Part shown: positions 1-16,008 of the stretch, in pieces
Position numbering within the stretch: the first letter of the stretch is position 1
How the letters are laid out: each line of letters begins with the position of its first letter
The notes under the pieces: generated by a model
Seen by the model: only the letters and a program-made list of their open reading frames with translations
Databases searched by the model: none
What the model was told of the DNA's origin: nothing
Source: an uncultured delta proteobacterium
GTDB taxonomy: Bacteria > Myxococcota > Myxococcia > Myxococcales > Myxococcaceae
Length of the DNA: 64,000 bases
Assembly (NCBI GenBank): GCA_963771175.1
Contig: CAVYSY010000031.1
Location: forward strand, 1 to 64,000
Reading direction: 5' to 3'
Made by a program: the position numbers and the translations under genes

Positions 1-201
1 TTGGAGGGCCTCTACACGGTGCCCTCGCAGCGGGGGCGGGGCCACGCCACGCTGTGCCTGGGACAGATTTCCCGCTTCCTGCTGTCGTCGCTGCCGCGGC
101 TCACCCTCCGGGTGGAGGAGAAGGACGAGTCCATGGCCCGGATCGCTCGCAAGGTGGGCTACCTGGCCGGCCGCACCCAGCGATTGGTGCTGGTGGAGTA
201 G
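1..201 (+). CDS. GNAT family N-acetyltransferase, C-terminal part (truncated by window start)
   Basis: Acetyl-CoA-binding motif GLYTVPSQRGRGHAT and C-terminal ARIARKVGY. Confidence 0.7.
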   Translation: MEGLYTVPSQRGRGHATLCLGQISRFLLSSLPRLTLRVEEKDESMARIARKVGYLAGRTQRLVLVE

Positions 202-219
202 CGCGCGCAAGGAGGCCCG

Positions 220-543
220 GTGGGAGCGAGCAACCTCTTCGAGCACATCCGGAACATCTGCGAACGCCCACGGATGTTCGCCCCCCAGTTCTCGCTCGAG
301 CACCTGCTGATGTTCATTCACGGCTACGAGACGGCCCGGCGAGACGCGAAGCTTCCAGGAGAGCACGAACGCTTCGAGGCGTGGCTGTACGGGCAGCACC
401 CGGAGTGGCGAGCCTCTTCCATGTGGTGGGGGAAACACCTCCTCGACACTTGCGGAGGAGACCTGGAGCGCACGCTCACGGAGATCATCGGGCTCGTGGA
501 CCGGTTCCTGGCCAGTGGAGGCATGCCCCCCGCAATCTCGTGA
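220..543 (+). CDS. hypothetical protein (107 aa)
   Basis: GTG start after AAGGAGG RBS; globular composition; GC3-rich codon usage. Confidence 0.65.
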   Translation: MGASNLFEHIRNICERPRMFAPQFSLEHLLMFIHGYETARRDAKLPGEHERFEAWLYGQHPEWRASSMWWGKHLLDTCGGDLERTLTEIIGLVDRFLASGGMPPAIS

Positions 544-564
544 GACTCCCGCCATGAACCCTCG

Positions 565-1173
565 TCATGGGCTTCCCACGACCTGAGACGTGATGGTTGC
601 GCCCTCCTCCGTCACCAGGCGCTTCAGGTACTCGGAGACGGGGAGCCCTGTGGGTCCCGTGAACGCGTCGTAGACCCGGTCCTTCACCTGCACGACCAGG
701 TGCATCCGCAGTTCACTGACCTGGACCGTGCTGCTCGGCTTGCCCGCGCGCATCTCGAACCCCAGGAACCGGGAGCCCTGGGCGCTGAACCGGAGGTATG
801 AAGGATTCGCCCCGAGGTGCCTGAATCCCTCGAAGATGCTCCTGGCGACCTCGATGCATGGGCCTGCCCGCTGATTGGCGGTGTTGAACGCCTCCTGCAT
901 GGCCCGCAGCCAGAGGGGGGCCTGATGCCCTGTCTCCAACTCCCAAAGGGCAATGGCGCCTGCGACGTCGCCTCGGGCGATGGCCGCCAGCATCTGGGCC
1001 CGAAGCGTGTCGGTCATCTGGAGCACGACCTGGGACAGACGCCCCGGAAGGCCAACCGTCTGAGCCAGGATGAGTCGCTGGACATGAACAACCGGGACCC
1101 GCGTCGTGGGTGAAGCCACGACGGGAACCGCTCCCAGGACGACCGCGAGCACCACCATCCATCGGACGCGCAT
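565..1173 (-). CDS. secreted protein with putative papain-fold toxin (Tox-PL-like) domain
   Basis: ATG at 1173 after GGAGGGGAGG; signal peptide MRVRWMVVLAVVLGAVPVVA; ordered Cys (GPCIEVA), His (RMHLVVQV) and Asp (VYDAFTGPTGL). Confidence 0.55.
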   Translation of the reverse strand: MRVRWMVVLAVVLGAVPVVASPTTRVPVVHVQRLILAQTVGLPGRLSQVVLQMTDTLRAQMLAAIARGDVAGAIALWELETGHQAPLWLRAMQEAFNTANQRAGPCIEVARSIFEGFRHLGANPSYLRFSAQGSRFLGFEMRAGKPSSTVQVSELRMHLVVQVKDRVYDAFTGPTGLPVSEYLKRLVTEEGATITSQVVGSP

Positions 1174-1316
1174 GCACGCACCTCCCCTCCAGGATTCTCT
1201 TCCATCCCGTGGCTCGCTCGGAAGGAGGGGGGCCCGACCGGCCACACTTCGCCCCCGGCACGAGTGGAGTAGCGCCCGGGAGCGCAGCGGTTACACTCCG
1301 CGCCCCCGGAGCGACC

Positions 1317-1940
1317 ATGTCCCGACCCACCCCCGATCGCCGTCCCCTCTCCGGAGAGGGCCCCGTCATCCTCCGCGAGCCCAGCGACCCACGCTGGCTG
1401 CCCCTGGCGCTCGAGCACTTCAACGAGGTGCTCGTGGACCACGCCCACTGCGAGAAGAAGGCGGCGGCCAATGCCCTCTCGATGCTGCAGGCCTACCCGG
1501 AACTGCCCGGCCTGCCGGCGCAGATGGCGCGGCTGGCGCGCGAGGAGAGCGCCCACCTGGCCAAGGTGCTGGACCTGATGGCCGCTCGGGGCCTGACGTT
1601 GGGGCGCGACGCGGGCGACCCGTACGCCCAGGGCCTCCAGAAGGTCATCCGCACCTCCCACGAGGGACGCAAGGTGGACCGGCTGCTGGTGGCCGCGGTC
1701 ATCGAGGCGCGCTCCTGCGAGCGCCTCTCCCTGCTGGCCGAGGGCCTGGAGGACCCCATGCTACGCCGCTTCTACGGTGAGCTGGCGCAGTCCGAGGATG
1801 GCCACCAGTCCCTCTTCTACCGACTGGCCGTCACCGCGACGGGCGGGGACGAGGCGTCGGTGCAAGCCCGGCTGGACGAGATCCTCACCCACGAGGCCGA
1901 GGTGCTGAAGCAGGTCGGCCTTCGCCCCGCCATCCACTGA
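1317..1940 (+). CDS. miaE: tRNA-(ms2io6A) hydroxylase MiaE (ferritin-like di-iron)
   Basis: Motifs DHAHCEKKAA, LAREESAH, IEARSCER, SEDGH. Confidence 0.9.
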   Translation: MSRPTPDRRPLSGEGPVILREPSDPRWLPLALEHFNEVLVDHAHCEKKAAANALSMLQAYPELPGLPAQMARLAREESAHLAKVLDLMAARGLTLGRDAGDPYAQGLQKVIRTSHEGRKVDRLLVAAVIEARSCERLSLLAEGLEDPMLRRFYGELAQSEDGHQSLFYRLAVTATGGDEASVQARLDEILTHEAEVLKQVGLRPAIH

Positions 1941-1946
1941 GAGCCC

Positions 1947-3803
1947 TCACTCGGGAACCACGCGCTCGCTTACGGGCTCTCGGGGACGCGCCGGCTCGGC
2001 GCCGGCCTTCTGGAAGGGCCACACCACCGGCACCACGGCCACGAGGAAGGCGAGCAGCAGGGCCGTCAGGGGCGTCCCCAACCGGAAGAAGTCGGTGAAG
2101 CGGTAGTGGCCGGGGCCGTACACCAGCACGCAGCTCGGCTCGAGGGGCGTGATGAACGAGCAGCTCGCCGCCAGTGTCACGCCGATGGCGAAGGGCCGCG
2201 GGTCCACGCCCAGCTTCAGGGCGGCGGCGATGGACACCGGGAGCACCACCAGGGCCGCGGCCTGGTTGCTCATGGGCGCCGACAGCAAGATGGTCAGCGC
2301 CATCATCATGAGCAGCACCGTGCGCGGGCCTCCATAGGTGCCGAACCGCGCCGCGGCTTCGCCCAGGAACCTGCCCGTCCCGCTCACCTCCATGGCCACG
2401 CCGAGCGCCATCATGGAGCCGATGAGCAGCACCACGCGCCAGTCCACGCGGAAGGCCCGCCGCGCGTCCACGCAGCCGGTGACGATCATCGCCAGCATCC
2501 CCGCCAGTCCCGCCACGGACAGCGGCACCACCTGGAGGGTGCCCAGCCCGAGCGCCCCGAGAAAGAGCACCACCGCCAGCAGCGACTTGGTGTAGCGCGG
2601 CGGCTGGTACTCCACGTCCCCGAGGATGAGCAGGTTCACGCCGTCCGACAGCTCCTGCACCTTCTCCCGGGGGCCGCGCAGCAGCAGCACGTCACCGACC
2701 GACAGCGTCAGGGTGGACAGCGACTGCCCGCCGAAGAGCCGCCCCAGCAGTTGCAGCTTCGTCAGCCGCTGGATGGCGGGCTTGCGGTGCAGCGCCAGCG
2801 CCACCAGCCCGTAGCGCTCCAGGAAGAGCGTCTCCTTCAGGCTGCGGCCGATGAGCGGACTGCCCGTCGGCACCGTCGCCTCCACCAGCAGCGTGTCCTG
2901 GGGCCGCAGGTCCGTATCCGACAGCCGCATGTCCGGCCGGATCTCAATCCCCCGCAGGTCCTTCACCCGCAGGATGTCCTCACGGTTGCCCTCGATGATG
3001 AGCCGCTCGTTGCCCTCCAGCCGGTACGTCGGCACCGCGGGCTGGGACTGCCCGTCCCGGACGAGCCCGATGACACGCAGCCCCAGTCCCTCGGTAATCT
3101 CCGCCAGCTCCTTGCCCACGTAGCGCGAGTCGGGCGGCAGCTCCGCCTCGGTGAGGTAGTCGCGCAGGGCCCAGTCGCCCACCGTGCCCTTGCCCACGCG
3201 CGCCGGCAACAGCAGCGGCCCCAGGAGCACCACGACGAGGATGCCCATCACCGCCACCGGCAGGCCCACCGGCGCCAGCTCCAGCACCCCGATGGGCGCC
3301 AGCCCGAAGCGGGAGAAGGCCGCCGAGGCCACCAGGTTGGTGGAGGTGCCGTACAGCAGCACCATGCCTCCCAGCATCGAGGCGTACGCCAGCGGCAGCA
3401 GCACCTTGCTCTTGGGCACCTTGGCGCGGTGCGCCGCGCCGATGGCCACCGGGAGGAAGGCCGCCGTCGTCACCGTATTGGAGACCATGGAGGAGAAGAT
3501 CGCCACCACCACCATCATCGCCAGCACGAACGTCTGGTGGCCGAAGCGAGCGAAGAAGGCGAGCCGCTGCCCGATGAGCTGCACCACGCCCGTGCTGGCC
3601 AGCCCCTCCGTCATCGCCAGCAGGGTGAAGATGAAGATGACCGTGTCGTTGCTGAAGCCCTCGAAGGCCTGCTCGGGTGTCAGCACCCCGGTGAGCGACA
3701 GCAGACACACCACCACCAGTGAGCTCACCTCGATGGGCACCACATCGATGGAGAACAGCACCAGGGCCACCAGCACGATGCCCAGCACGATTGCGATCGA
3801 CAT
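1947..3803 (-). CDS. SLC13/CitMHS-type permease with two TrkA-C (RCK-C) domains
   Basis: Multiple TM helices; SNTVT, GTSTNL, SNQAAA and ITPLEPS motifs; soluble RCK-C repeats (YVGKEL, LIGRSL). Confidence 0.88.
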   Translation of the reverse strand: MSIAIVLGIVLVALVLFSIDVVPIEVSSLVVVCLLSLTGVLTPEQAFEGFSNDTVIFIFTLLAMTEGLASTGVVQLIGQRLAFFARFGHQTFVLAMMVVVAIFSSMVSNTVTTAAFLPVAIGAAHRAKVPKSKVLLPLAYASMLGGMVLLYGTSTNLVASAAFSRFGLAPIGVLELAPVGLPVAVMGILVVVLLGPLLLPARVGKGTVGDWALRDYLTEAELPPDSRYVGKELAEITEGLGLRVIGLVRDGQSQPAVPTYRLEGNERLIIEGNREDILRVKDLRGIEIRPDMRLSDTDLRPQDTLLVEATVPTGSPLIGRSLKETLFLERYGLVALALHRKPAIQRLTKLQLLGRLFGGQSLSTLTLSVGDVLLLRGPREKVQELSDGVNLLILGDVEYQPPRYTKSLLAVVLFLGALGLGTLQVVPLSVAGLAGMLAMIVTGCVDARRAFRVDWRVVLLIGSMMALGVAMEVSGTGRFLGEAAARFGTYGGPRTVLLMMMALTILLSAPMSNQAAALVVLPVSIAAALKLGVDPRPFAIGVTLAASCSFITPLEPSCVLVYGPGHYRFTDFFRLGTPLTALLLAFLVAVVPVVWPFQKAGAEPARPREPVSERVVPE

Positions 3804-4031
3804 TGGCTTCCCGTCCGACCTCCCACGCCGCCGCGCCGCAACCTGTGGACCCGTGTGCCGGAAGGTGAGGCCCCTTCCCCATCAAAAGTTTGCTTCTGAA
3901 TAAAGAGGGGTCGATTAGTGAAAATGAAGGGTGGTGGGAGTCCCGGGACGGTGTTCGACCCCGCGCGTTGTTGCTTTGGAGGGGCCTCCCAGGGAAGGTT
4001 GCGCCCACTCAATTTCTGAGGAGACTCGCGA

Positions 4032-5829
4032 ATGGCCTCGACCCAAACCGCAGCGCTCCAGGGCAACGCTCCCACGAAGAACGCGGAGCTGCTGACCTGG
4101 GTGGCGAAGATGGCGCAGATGACCCAGCCGGACAGCATCGTCTGGTGTGACGGCTCGGAGGAGGAGAAGCAGCGCCTCACCGACCTGGCGGTGAAGGAGG
4201 GCATCCTCATCCCGCTCAACCAGCAGAAGCGCCCCGGCTGCTACCTGCACCGCTCCAACCCCAATGACGTGGCGCGCGTGGAGCACCTCACCTTCATCTG
4301 CACCACGAACAAGGAGGACGCCGGCCCCACCAACAACTGGATGGAGCCCGAGGCGGCCTACACCAAGCTGACCCACCTGTTCACCGGCTGCATGAAGGGC
4401 CGCACCATGTACGTGGTGCCCTACGTCATGGGCCCGCTGGGCAGCCCCTTCGCCAAGGTCGGCGTGGAGCTGACCGACAGCGTCTACGTCGCCCTCAACA
4501 TGCGGATCATGACCCGCATGGGGAAGGCGGCCCTGGACATGCTGGGCGACTCCAACGAATTCAACCGCGGCCTGCACAGCACCGGCGACCTCAACCCGGA
4601 CCGCCGCTACATCTGCCACTTCCCCCAGGACAACACCATCTGGAGCATCGGCAGCGGCTACGGCGGCAACGTGCTGCTGGGCAAGAAGTGCCTCGCGCTG
4701 CGCATCGGCAGCTACCTCGGCGAGCACGAGGGCTGGCTGGCCGAGCACATGCTCATCCTCGGCGTCACCAGCCCGCAGGGTGAGACGACGTACGTGGCGG
4801 CGGCCTTCCCCTCCGCGTGCGGCAAGACGAACTTCGCCATGATGATCCCGCCCAAGGAGTACGCGGGCTGGAAGATCGAGACCGTCGGCGACGACATCGC
4901 CTGGATGCGCGTGGGTCCGGACGGGCGCCTGTGGGCCATCAACCCCGAGGCCGGCTACTTCGGCGTGGCCCCCGGCACCAACTTCAAGAGCAACCCCAAC
5001 GCCATGGCCAGCGTGGCCAAGGACACCATCTTCACCAACGTGGCGCATGACGCCGGACGGCGACGTGTGGTGGGAGGGCATGGACGGCGAGGTCCCCGAG
5101 GAGCTCACCGACTGGCAGGGCCGCCCCTGGAAGAAGGGCAGCACGGAGAAGGCCGCGCACCCCAACAGCCGCTTCACCGCGCCCGCCTCCAACAACCCCG
5201 TCCTCAGCCCGCACGGCCAATGACCCGATGGGCGTGCCCATCTCCGCCATCATCTTCGGCGGCCGCCGCTCCAACACCGTCCCGCTGGTCATCCAGGCCT
5301 TCAACTGGACCCACGGCGTGTTCCTCGGCGCCACCATGGGCAGCGAGACCACCGCCGCCGCCACCGGCAAGGTGGGCGTGGTGCGCCGCGACCCCATGGC
5401 CATGCTGCCCTTCTGCGGCTACAACATGGGCGACTACCTCGCAGCACTGGCTGAACATGCAGAAGACGCATCACCCACCCGCCGAAGATCTTCCAGGTCA
5501 ACTGGTTCCGGCAGGACAAGAACGGCAAGTTCATCTGGCCGGGCTTCGGCGACAACATGCGCGTGCTGGAGTGGATCGTGAACCGCGTCCACGGCCGCGT
5601 GCCCACCGAGGAGACGCTGCTGGGCTGGGTGCCCCGTCAGGACCACGGCCTCAACCTCAAGGGCCTGGACCTCTCCCCCGAGGCCGTTGCCGAGGTCACC
5701 TCCATCAAGGAGGACGAGTGGAAGGCCGAGCTCAAGAGCCAGGAGCCCTTCTTCGAGTCCCTGGGCCTCAAGGCCCCCGAGGCGCTCACCCTGCAGCGCA
5801 AGCTGCTCATCTCGCGCCTGGGCGCCTGA
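4032..5829 (+). CDS. pckG: phosphoenolpyruvate carboxykinase (GTP); apparent 1-bp frameshifts near 5046, 5212 and 5440-5470
   Basis: [46 protein letters not shown]; continues in other frames ([23 protein letters not shown]). Confidence 0.93.
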
Positions 5830-5839
5830 GTTGAGCCAG

Positions 5840-5909
5840 GACGGGGCCCCTCTCGGGGCCGCCGTCTTCCGGGGCCGTCCCACCGCGAGGGGGGCGGCCC
5901 CGCCGTTTT
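5840..5909 (+). terminator. two GC-rich hairpins after pckG, the second followed by a short T run
   Basis: gacggggcccc-tctc-ggggccgccgtc, then ggggccg...cggcccc followed by gccgtttt. Confidence 0.45.
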
Positions 5910-5967
5910 GCGGGGTTTACGGACCCCTCTTCGCCTGACGGGGAGTTCAGGAGTAGGCTCCCGAACC

Positions 5968-6786
5968 ATGCGATTGGTCTTGGTTTTGTTGGCGGCCCTC
6001 CTGCTCGCACCCGCCCCGGCCCGCGCCCAGCGCGGCGGGACGCGCAATCCGAAAGAGCTCATCAAGCAGGCCGAGCGTCTGTACGACCAGAAGAAGTACC
6101 TGGAAGCGGCGGAGGCGCTCGAGAAGGCAAACGAGGCGATGCCCGACTCGCGCCTCATCTACAACATCGCCCGCGCGTACGACCAGGCCGGCAAGGCCGG
6201 CGAGGCGAGCTTCTATTACGAGAAGTACCTGACGGACGGAGAGGACGCGCAGCTCCGCAAGCGCTCCCGTCTGGCCATCGATCGGCTCCGGCTGCAGCAG
6301 GAGAAGGAGGCGGCGGCGTCCGCGGCGGCGGAGACCGAGCGCAAGCGCCTGCAGGAGGAGGCCGAGTCGGCCCAGAAACGCGCGGCGGCGGAGCGCGAGG
6401 CGGCCCAGCGCGCCGAGGAAACCAGCCAGCTCCGGCTCCAGGCGGCGTATGACGACGCGCTGACGGCGCGCCGGCGCATGCAGGTGACGTCCTTCGCCTT
6501 GGGCGGGGTGGCGTTGGCGGGCGCGGGCGTGGGCGCCATCTTCGGGCTGCAGTCGCGGAGCGCGCGCACCGAGTTCAACGGGGCCACGGATCTGGACACC
6601 AAGCGCGCGGCGGCGGACACCACCCGGAGCAAGGCGCTGCTGGCGGACATCGGTTTCGGGGTGGGACTGGCCAGCGCGGTGGCGGCCATCCTGCTCTATC
6701 CCAAGGAGCCCCTGCCCGAGCCGGGCGAGGCGCGACTGACGCTGGCCCCCCAGGGCGCCGGCGCGGGTGTGGAGGTGAGCTTCTGA
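5968..6786 (+). CDS. secreted TPR protein with coiled coil and hydrophobic C-terminus
   Basis: Signal peptide ending ARA; TPR helices (YLEAAEALEKA, YNIARAYDQAG); C-terminal GAGVEVSF. Confidence 0.8.
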   Translation: MRLVLVLLAALLLAPAPARAQRGGTRNPKELIKQAERLYDQKKYLEAAEALEKANEAMPDSRLIYNIARAYDQAGKAGEASFYYEKYLTDGEDAQLRKRSRLAIDRLRLQQEKEAAASAAAETERKRLQEEAESAQKRAAAEREAAQRAEETSQLRLQAAYDDALTARRRMQVTSFALGGVALAGAGVGAIFGLQSRSARTEFNGATDLDTKRAAADTTRSKALLADIGFGVGLASAVAAILLYPKEPLPEPGEARLTLAPQGAGAGVEVSF

Positions 6787-8184
6787 TGCGCGCGCTGATA
6801 TTGATGGGAGTGTTGTCCGTGCTGGCCACCGGGTGCAGCTTCACCACGGCGGCCGGGCTCGAGGAGTGCGAGACGACCGCGGACTGTGCCAGTGAGCAGG
6901 TGTGTACGCAGGGCTTCTGCCTGCCGCTGCCCACCGGCTGCGGGCCAGATCTACGGCTCCACCGATCCCAACGCCATCCAGATGGGGGCCCTCTTCCCTC
7001 TGCACACCAGCACCGCGCCGGGCGCGGGCGTCGACGAGTCCGACGAGCAGGCACTCAACGCGGTGCTGCTCGCGCTGGAAGAGGTCAACCAGCGGGGCGT
7101 CGGCGGCAAGCAGATCGCCCTGCACGTCTGCGACACCTCGGGAGACGCGGAGCGCACGAAGACGCAGGCCACCTGGATGGTGAACGAGAAGCAGGTGGCG
7201 GCGGTGCTGACCGCGGGCAGCAGTCAGACGCTCACGGCCTCGTCGGTGACCATCCCCAAGAACGTGCTCACCATGAGCTACAGCGGCTCCTCCACGGAGC
7301 TGACGGGGGTGGCGGACACCAATGGTGGGCAGGTGGGGCTGCTGTGGCGCACCTCGCCCTCGGATGCCATCCAGGGCAGCGTCATCGCCCACAAGCTGCT
7401 CACGGACAGCACGCGCTTCGGCACCCCGGCGAAGGTGGCCATCCTCTACGTGGACGACCCGTACGGGCAGGGCCTGTACTACATCGTCTCGGACCGCCTC
7501 AACAAAGCCTCGAAGGCCAACCGGGGCATTCTCGTACGCGCGGCGCGGCGATGTGAAGACGGCCGTGGCCCAGCTCAACATGTACGCCCCGGACGTCACC
7601 GTGCTGGTGGGCTTCGCGGACGACGTGGTCAACATCATCAAGGAGGCGTCCTCCCAGCCCAACCTCCTGCGCTACCCCTCCGGCAAGCACCGCTGGTTCT
7701 TCTCCGACAGCGTGAAGGACTCGGCCCTGCTGACCAACCCGGAGGTGTACGGGCAGATCCAGGACTTCTTCGGCACGGCTCCGGCGCAGGGCACGGGTCT
7801 GGCCTTCAGCGCCTTCAGCGCGATCGCTTCCTCGGCAAGTACAGCAAGTCCCCCGACGGGTACGCCTATATCTCCAACGCCTATGACGCCATGTACCTGC
7901 TGGCCCTGGGCGCGGCCTACTCCCAGAGCACGACCAACGCCGTGACGGGGCCGAAGATGGCCGAGGCACTGACGAAGGTGTCCGCCACCTCGGGCGAGGC
8001 CACGCCCGTCACCAGCTTCAACTCACTGGTGACGGAGCTGGTCGCGGGCCGGAGCGTCAACGTGGAGGGCGCCAGCGGCAAGCTGGACTTCGACGCCAAC
8101 GGCGAGGCCCCCGCCCCCGTGGAGCTGTGGCAGGTGAAGAGCGGGGCGTTCATCACCGCCGAGAGCAACCTCAACCCCCCGTAG
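6786..8184 (+). CDS. lipoprotein, Leu/Ile/Val-type (Peripla_BP_6) substrate-binding protein with N-terminal Cys-rich motif; frameshifts near 6945, 7525 and 7820
   Basis: Lipobox LATGC; CETTADCASEQVCTQGFC; LALEEVNQRGVGG, WRTSPSD, DDPYGQG, NAYDAMYLLA, GASGKLDFD. Confidence 0.8.
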
Positions 8185-8264
8185 TCCCGTATGTCCCCCG
8201 CCTGCTGGCGCTCGAGGACGGGCACCAGCAGGTGGGAGTCGTCGAGGTCGTCCGCCCGGTGCCA

Positions 8265-8675
8265 CTACGGCCCGGGCGCCGGCTCCTCCTGACCGGCGCG
8301 CGCCTCCTGCAGGATCGTTGCTGGCAGGCCAGGGTAGCGCTCGAAGAAGATGAGCGTCTTGCCGTTGCTCCTGTCCTCGATCTCGATGCAGTCGATGTTC
8401 CCGCCGTCGTCCGTCTTGAGGAACACGCGCGTCGGCTCATCGATGTGGTGCATGAAGTTGTCGCCGGCGTCTCCCACCGTCACCTCGATGTCGCCTACCT
8501 CCGAGCCCTTCGTCTCCAGGTCGATCCCCACCAGGGGAAGCTTGCGAGCCATCTGCTGGTCGCCGATGTCTCGATTCTCCACCTCGATCCGAACCGGATA
8601 GGACCGCGCCTCACGGCCGAGTCGATCGAAGTAGACGGCCCAGTTGCCTTTCGGGATTTCAATCGTGTGTGCCAT
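8265..8675 (-). CDS. DUF5335-like protein
   Basis: EIPKGNWAVYFDRL...VRIEV...GDQ...LPLVGI...HHIDEPTRV pattern; GAGG RBS before ATG 8675. Confidence 0.7.
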   Translation of the reverse strand: MAHTIEIPKGNWAVYFDRLGREARSYPVRIEVENRDIGDQQMARKLPLVGIDLETKGSEVGDIEVTVGDAGDNFMHHIDEPTRVFLKTDDGGNIDCIEIEDRSNGKTLIFFERYPGLPATILQEARAGQEEPAPGP

Positions 8676-8836
8676 GGCCACCTCCGCATCAGGAAGGTAG
8701 GTCCGCGTCGCGCACGGAACGCCCCCGCCGGGCCGCGAAGACGAAACGGACCCCCTCCCGGCCGGAATCCAGACGGGGAGCCATCCGGTGCGCTCCTCCG
8801 CCCCATCATGCGACCGCCGGACGATGCGGCCTCCGG

Positions 8837-9270
8837 CTACCTGCTCGCCACGGACGTCCTGCTGGAGGTCGCGTGAGGAGATGTCCGCGTCGCTCCCCTC
8901 GCCGCCGGCCACGCCGTCCGCGCCGTAGGAGGTGATGACGGGCTTGCCGCCTCTCGTTCAGGTACACGTACTCATGGCCCCACGGATCCGTGGGCATCTT
9001 GCTCCAGGGTCTGCGTCTCCACCAGCGCGCGCAGGCCGGAGGACGTGTCCGGGAACCGGCCCTTCTTCGCGTAGTAGAGCTTGAGCGCGTTGTGGATGGT
9101 GCCAATGTCCATTCGCGCGGTGCTCCCGCCTGGCCTCATCGAGCTTCGGAATGACGGCCACGCCCACCGCGGCCATGATGAGGCCGAGGATGGTGATGAC
9201 CACCATGATCTCGATGAGGGTCATGCCGCGCTGACGGCGGCGGCTGCGGCTTCGTCTTCTTCAGGCTCAT
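8837..9270 (-). CDS. gspG: type II secretion major pseudopilin GspG (frameshifted; stop position approximate)
   Basis: Prepilin N-methyl motif (G)MTLIEIMVVITILGL; DPWGHEYVY; SYGADG and GGEGSDADI across frames. Confidence 0.8.
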
Positions 9271-9699
9271 GTCGTTCCCTCGCATCGCTCGCGCGGCACC
9301 GCGCCTCATGCGCGTCATGGCTGGCGGGAGCGGGCCAGGGCATGTGCAACCGCCCGCGCCGGGCGCCGCGACCGCGAGGGCTCCGAGGGGAAACCGGGCG
9401 CCCGCCAGGTGGCCCCACCGGGCCGTCCGCGCCAGCGTGTCCCGGCCGCGGCGGCACGCGCCTGACATGCCGTCATGACACGCTGTCAGCGCATTCACGC
9501 ATGCTCGCCCCCTCTCCGACCTGGCTGGAAAGGACACTCCCTGAAACAAGCCTGCCTCCCCCCGGGCCGTACACGGATGTAGCAGGGGAAGAGGACCTTC
9601 TAGATCCTCTCTGTCGCACGTGACGCCGTGGTAGAATTCCCATCCCCCCGTTGACGTTCGTCGCGCCTTAGCCCCCAGGTCGACAGAGAGAGCAACAAC

Positions 9700-15060
<5,361 letters not shown>

Positions 15061-15063
15061 GCC

Positions 15064-16008
15064 GTGCAACCCGACACCTCGCAATACCCGCTGCTGGAAG
15101 ATGTGTCCGAGGTGTTCCGAGGCGAGGGCGCGGTCGCCAAGCGCGACGTGCGCCTCCCCTCGGAGCTCGACACGGAGATGCGCCCACTATCGGCCTCGCT
15201 GGAGCTGGAGTTCCTGGCCGAGCTGGGCGCGCTGGTGTACCCGGATCGCGTGCTGGTGGGCATGCAGGACGTGCGCTGGTTCCTGCGCGCCTCGGAGCCC
15301 GCGATGGCCGCGCGGCTGGTGGGGCGCGCCCGCCGGGAGACGGACGGCACGGTGTCGGTCTTCCTGTCGATGGAGCCGTTGGGGGCCGGGGGGCAGGAGG
15401 AGAGCCCCGAGGAGCCCATCCCCGTCTGCCGAGCCACCCTGCAGTTCGCACAACTCTACCGGCCCGCGCCCTGGCCCCAGCAGCAGCAGGAGCTGGCGCC
15501 CCGGGCGGAGAGCCTCCAGAACGGCAAGCAGCTCTACGCGTCGGTGGGAGGCCAGGGCGAGCGCGTGCCCGAGTCGCTCCAGGTCGTCTCCTGGGCGAAG
15601 CTGGGCGAGCTGGGCCGGCTCCAGGGCGGCATCATCCAGCCCCGCTCGCTGACGAAGGCGCTGCCCGCCAGCCGCATCCAGGTGGCGCCCGCCGCGCTCG
15701 AGGGCGCGCTCCACCTGGTGAAGTGGCTCTGGTACTCCTTCTCGGGCGAGGGCTCGCGCGAGATGGCCATCTCCGAGGCCACCTGGTACCGCATGCCCCG
15801 CCGCGACGAGCGGCTGACGTGTGACGCCCGGCTGTGTGGCGCCAGCGTCGGACTGGCCACCTTCGATGCCGTCGTCCTCGGTCAGGATGGCATCCCCGTG
15901 CTCGACCTGCGCGGCATCGGCATGGCCTCCCTTCCCACCGAGGATTCCTCGCCCCCCCTGCCCCGGCTTGCCTGGCAGTCGTTCGTCAAGAGCCTCTCAC
16001 CGCGATGA
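15064..16008 (+). CDS. stand-alone degenerate PKS dehydratase-like (double hot-dog) protein
   Basis: GTG 3 bp after the PKS1 stop; VAPAALEGALHL resembles the DH HPALLDAALQ helix; C-terminal FDAVVLGQDGIPVLDLRGI typical of PS-DH; no HxxxGxxxxP. Confidence 0.55.
   Translation: MQPDTSQYPLLEDVSEVFRGEGAVAKRDVRLPSELDTEMRPLSASLELEFLAELGALVYPDRVLVGMQDVRWFLRASEPAMAARLVGRARRETDGTVSVFLSMEPLGAGGQEESPEEPIPVCRATLQFAQLYRPAPWPQQQQELAPRAESLQNGKQLYASVGGQGERVPESLQVVSWAKLGELGRLQGGIIQPRSLTKALPASRIQVAPAALEGALHLVKWLWYSFSGEGSREMAISEATWYRMPRRDERLTCDARLCGASVGLATFDAVVLGQDGIPVLDLRGIGMASLPTEDSSPPLPRLAWQSFVKSLSPR

Noticed and set aside
8265..8912. GspG-DUF5335 fusion suggested by the ORF track
   Set aside because: One indel gives gspG a stop at 8837, and the DUF5335 gene has its own RBS and ATG at 8675.
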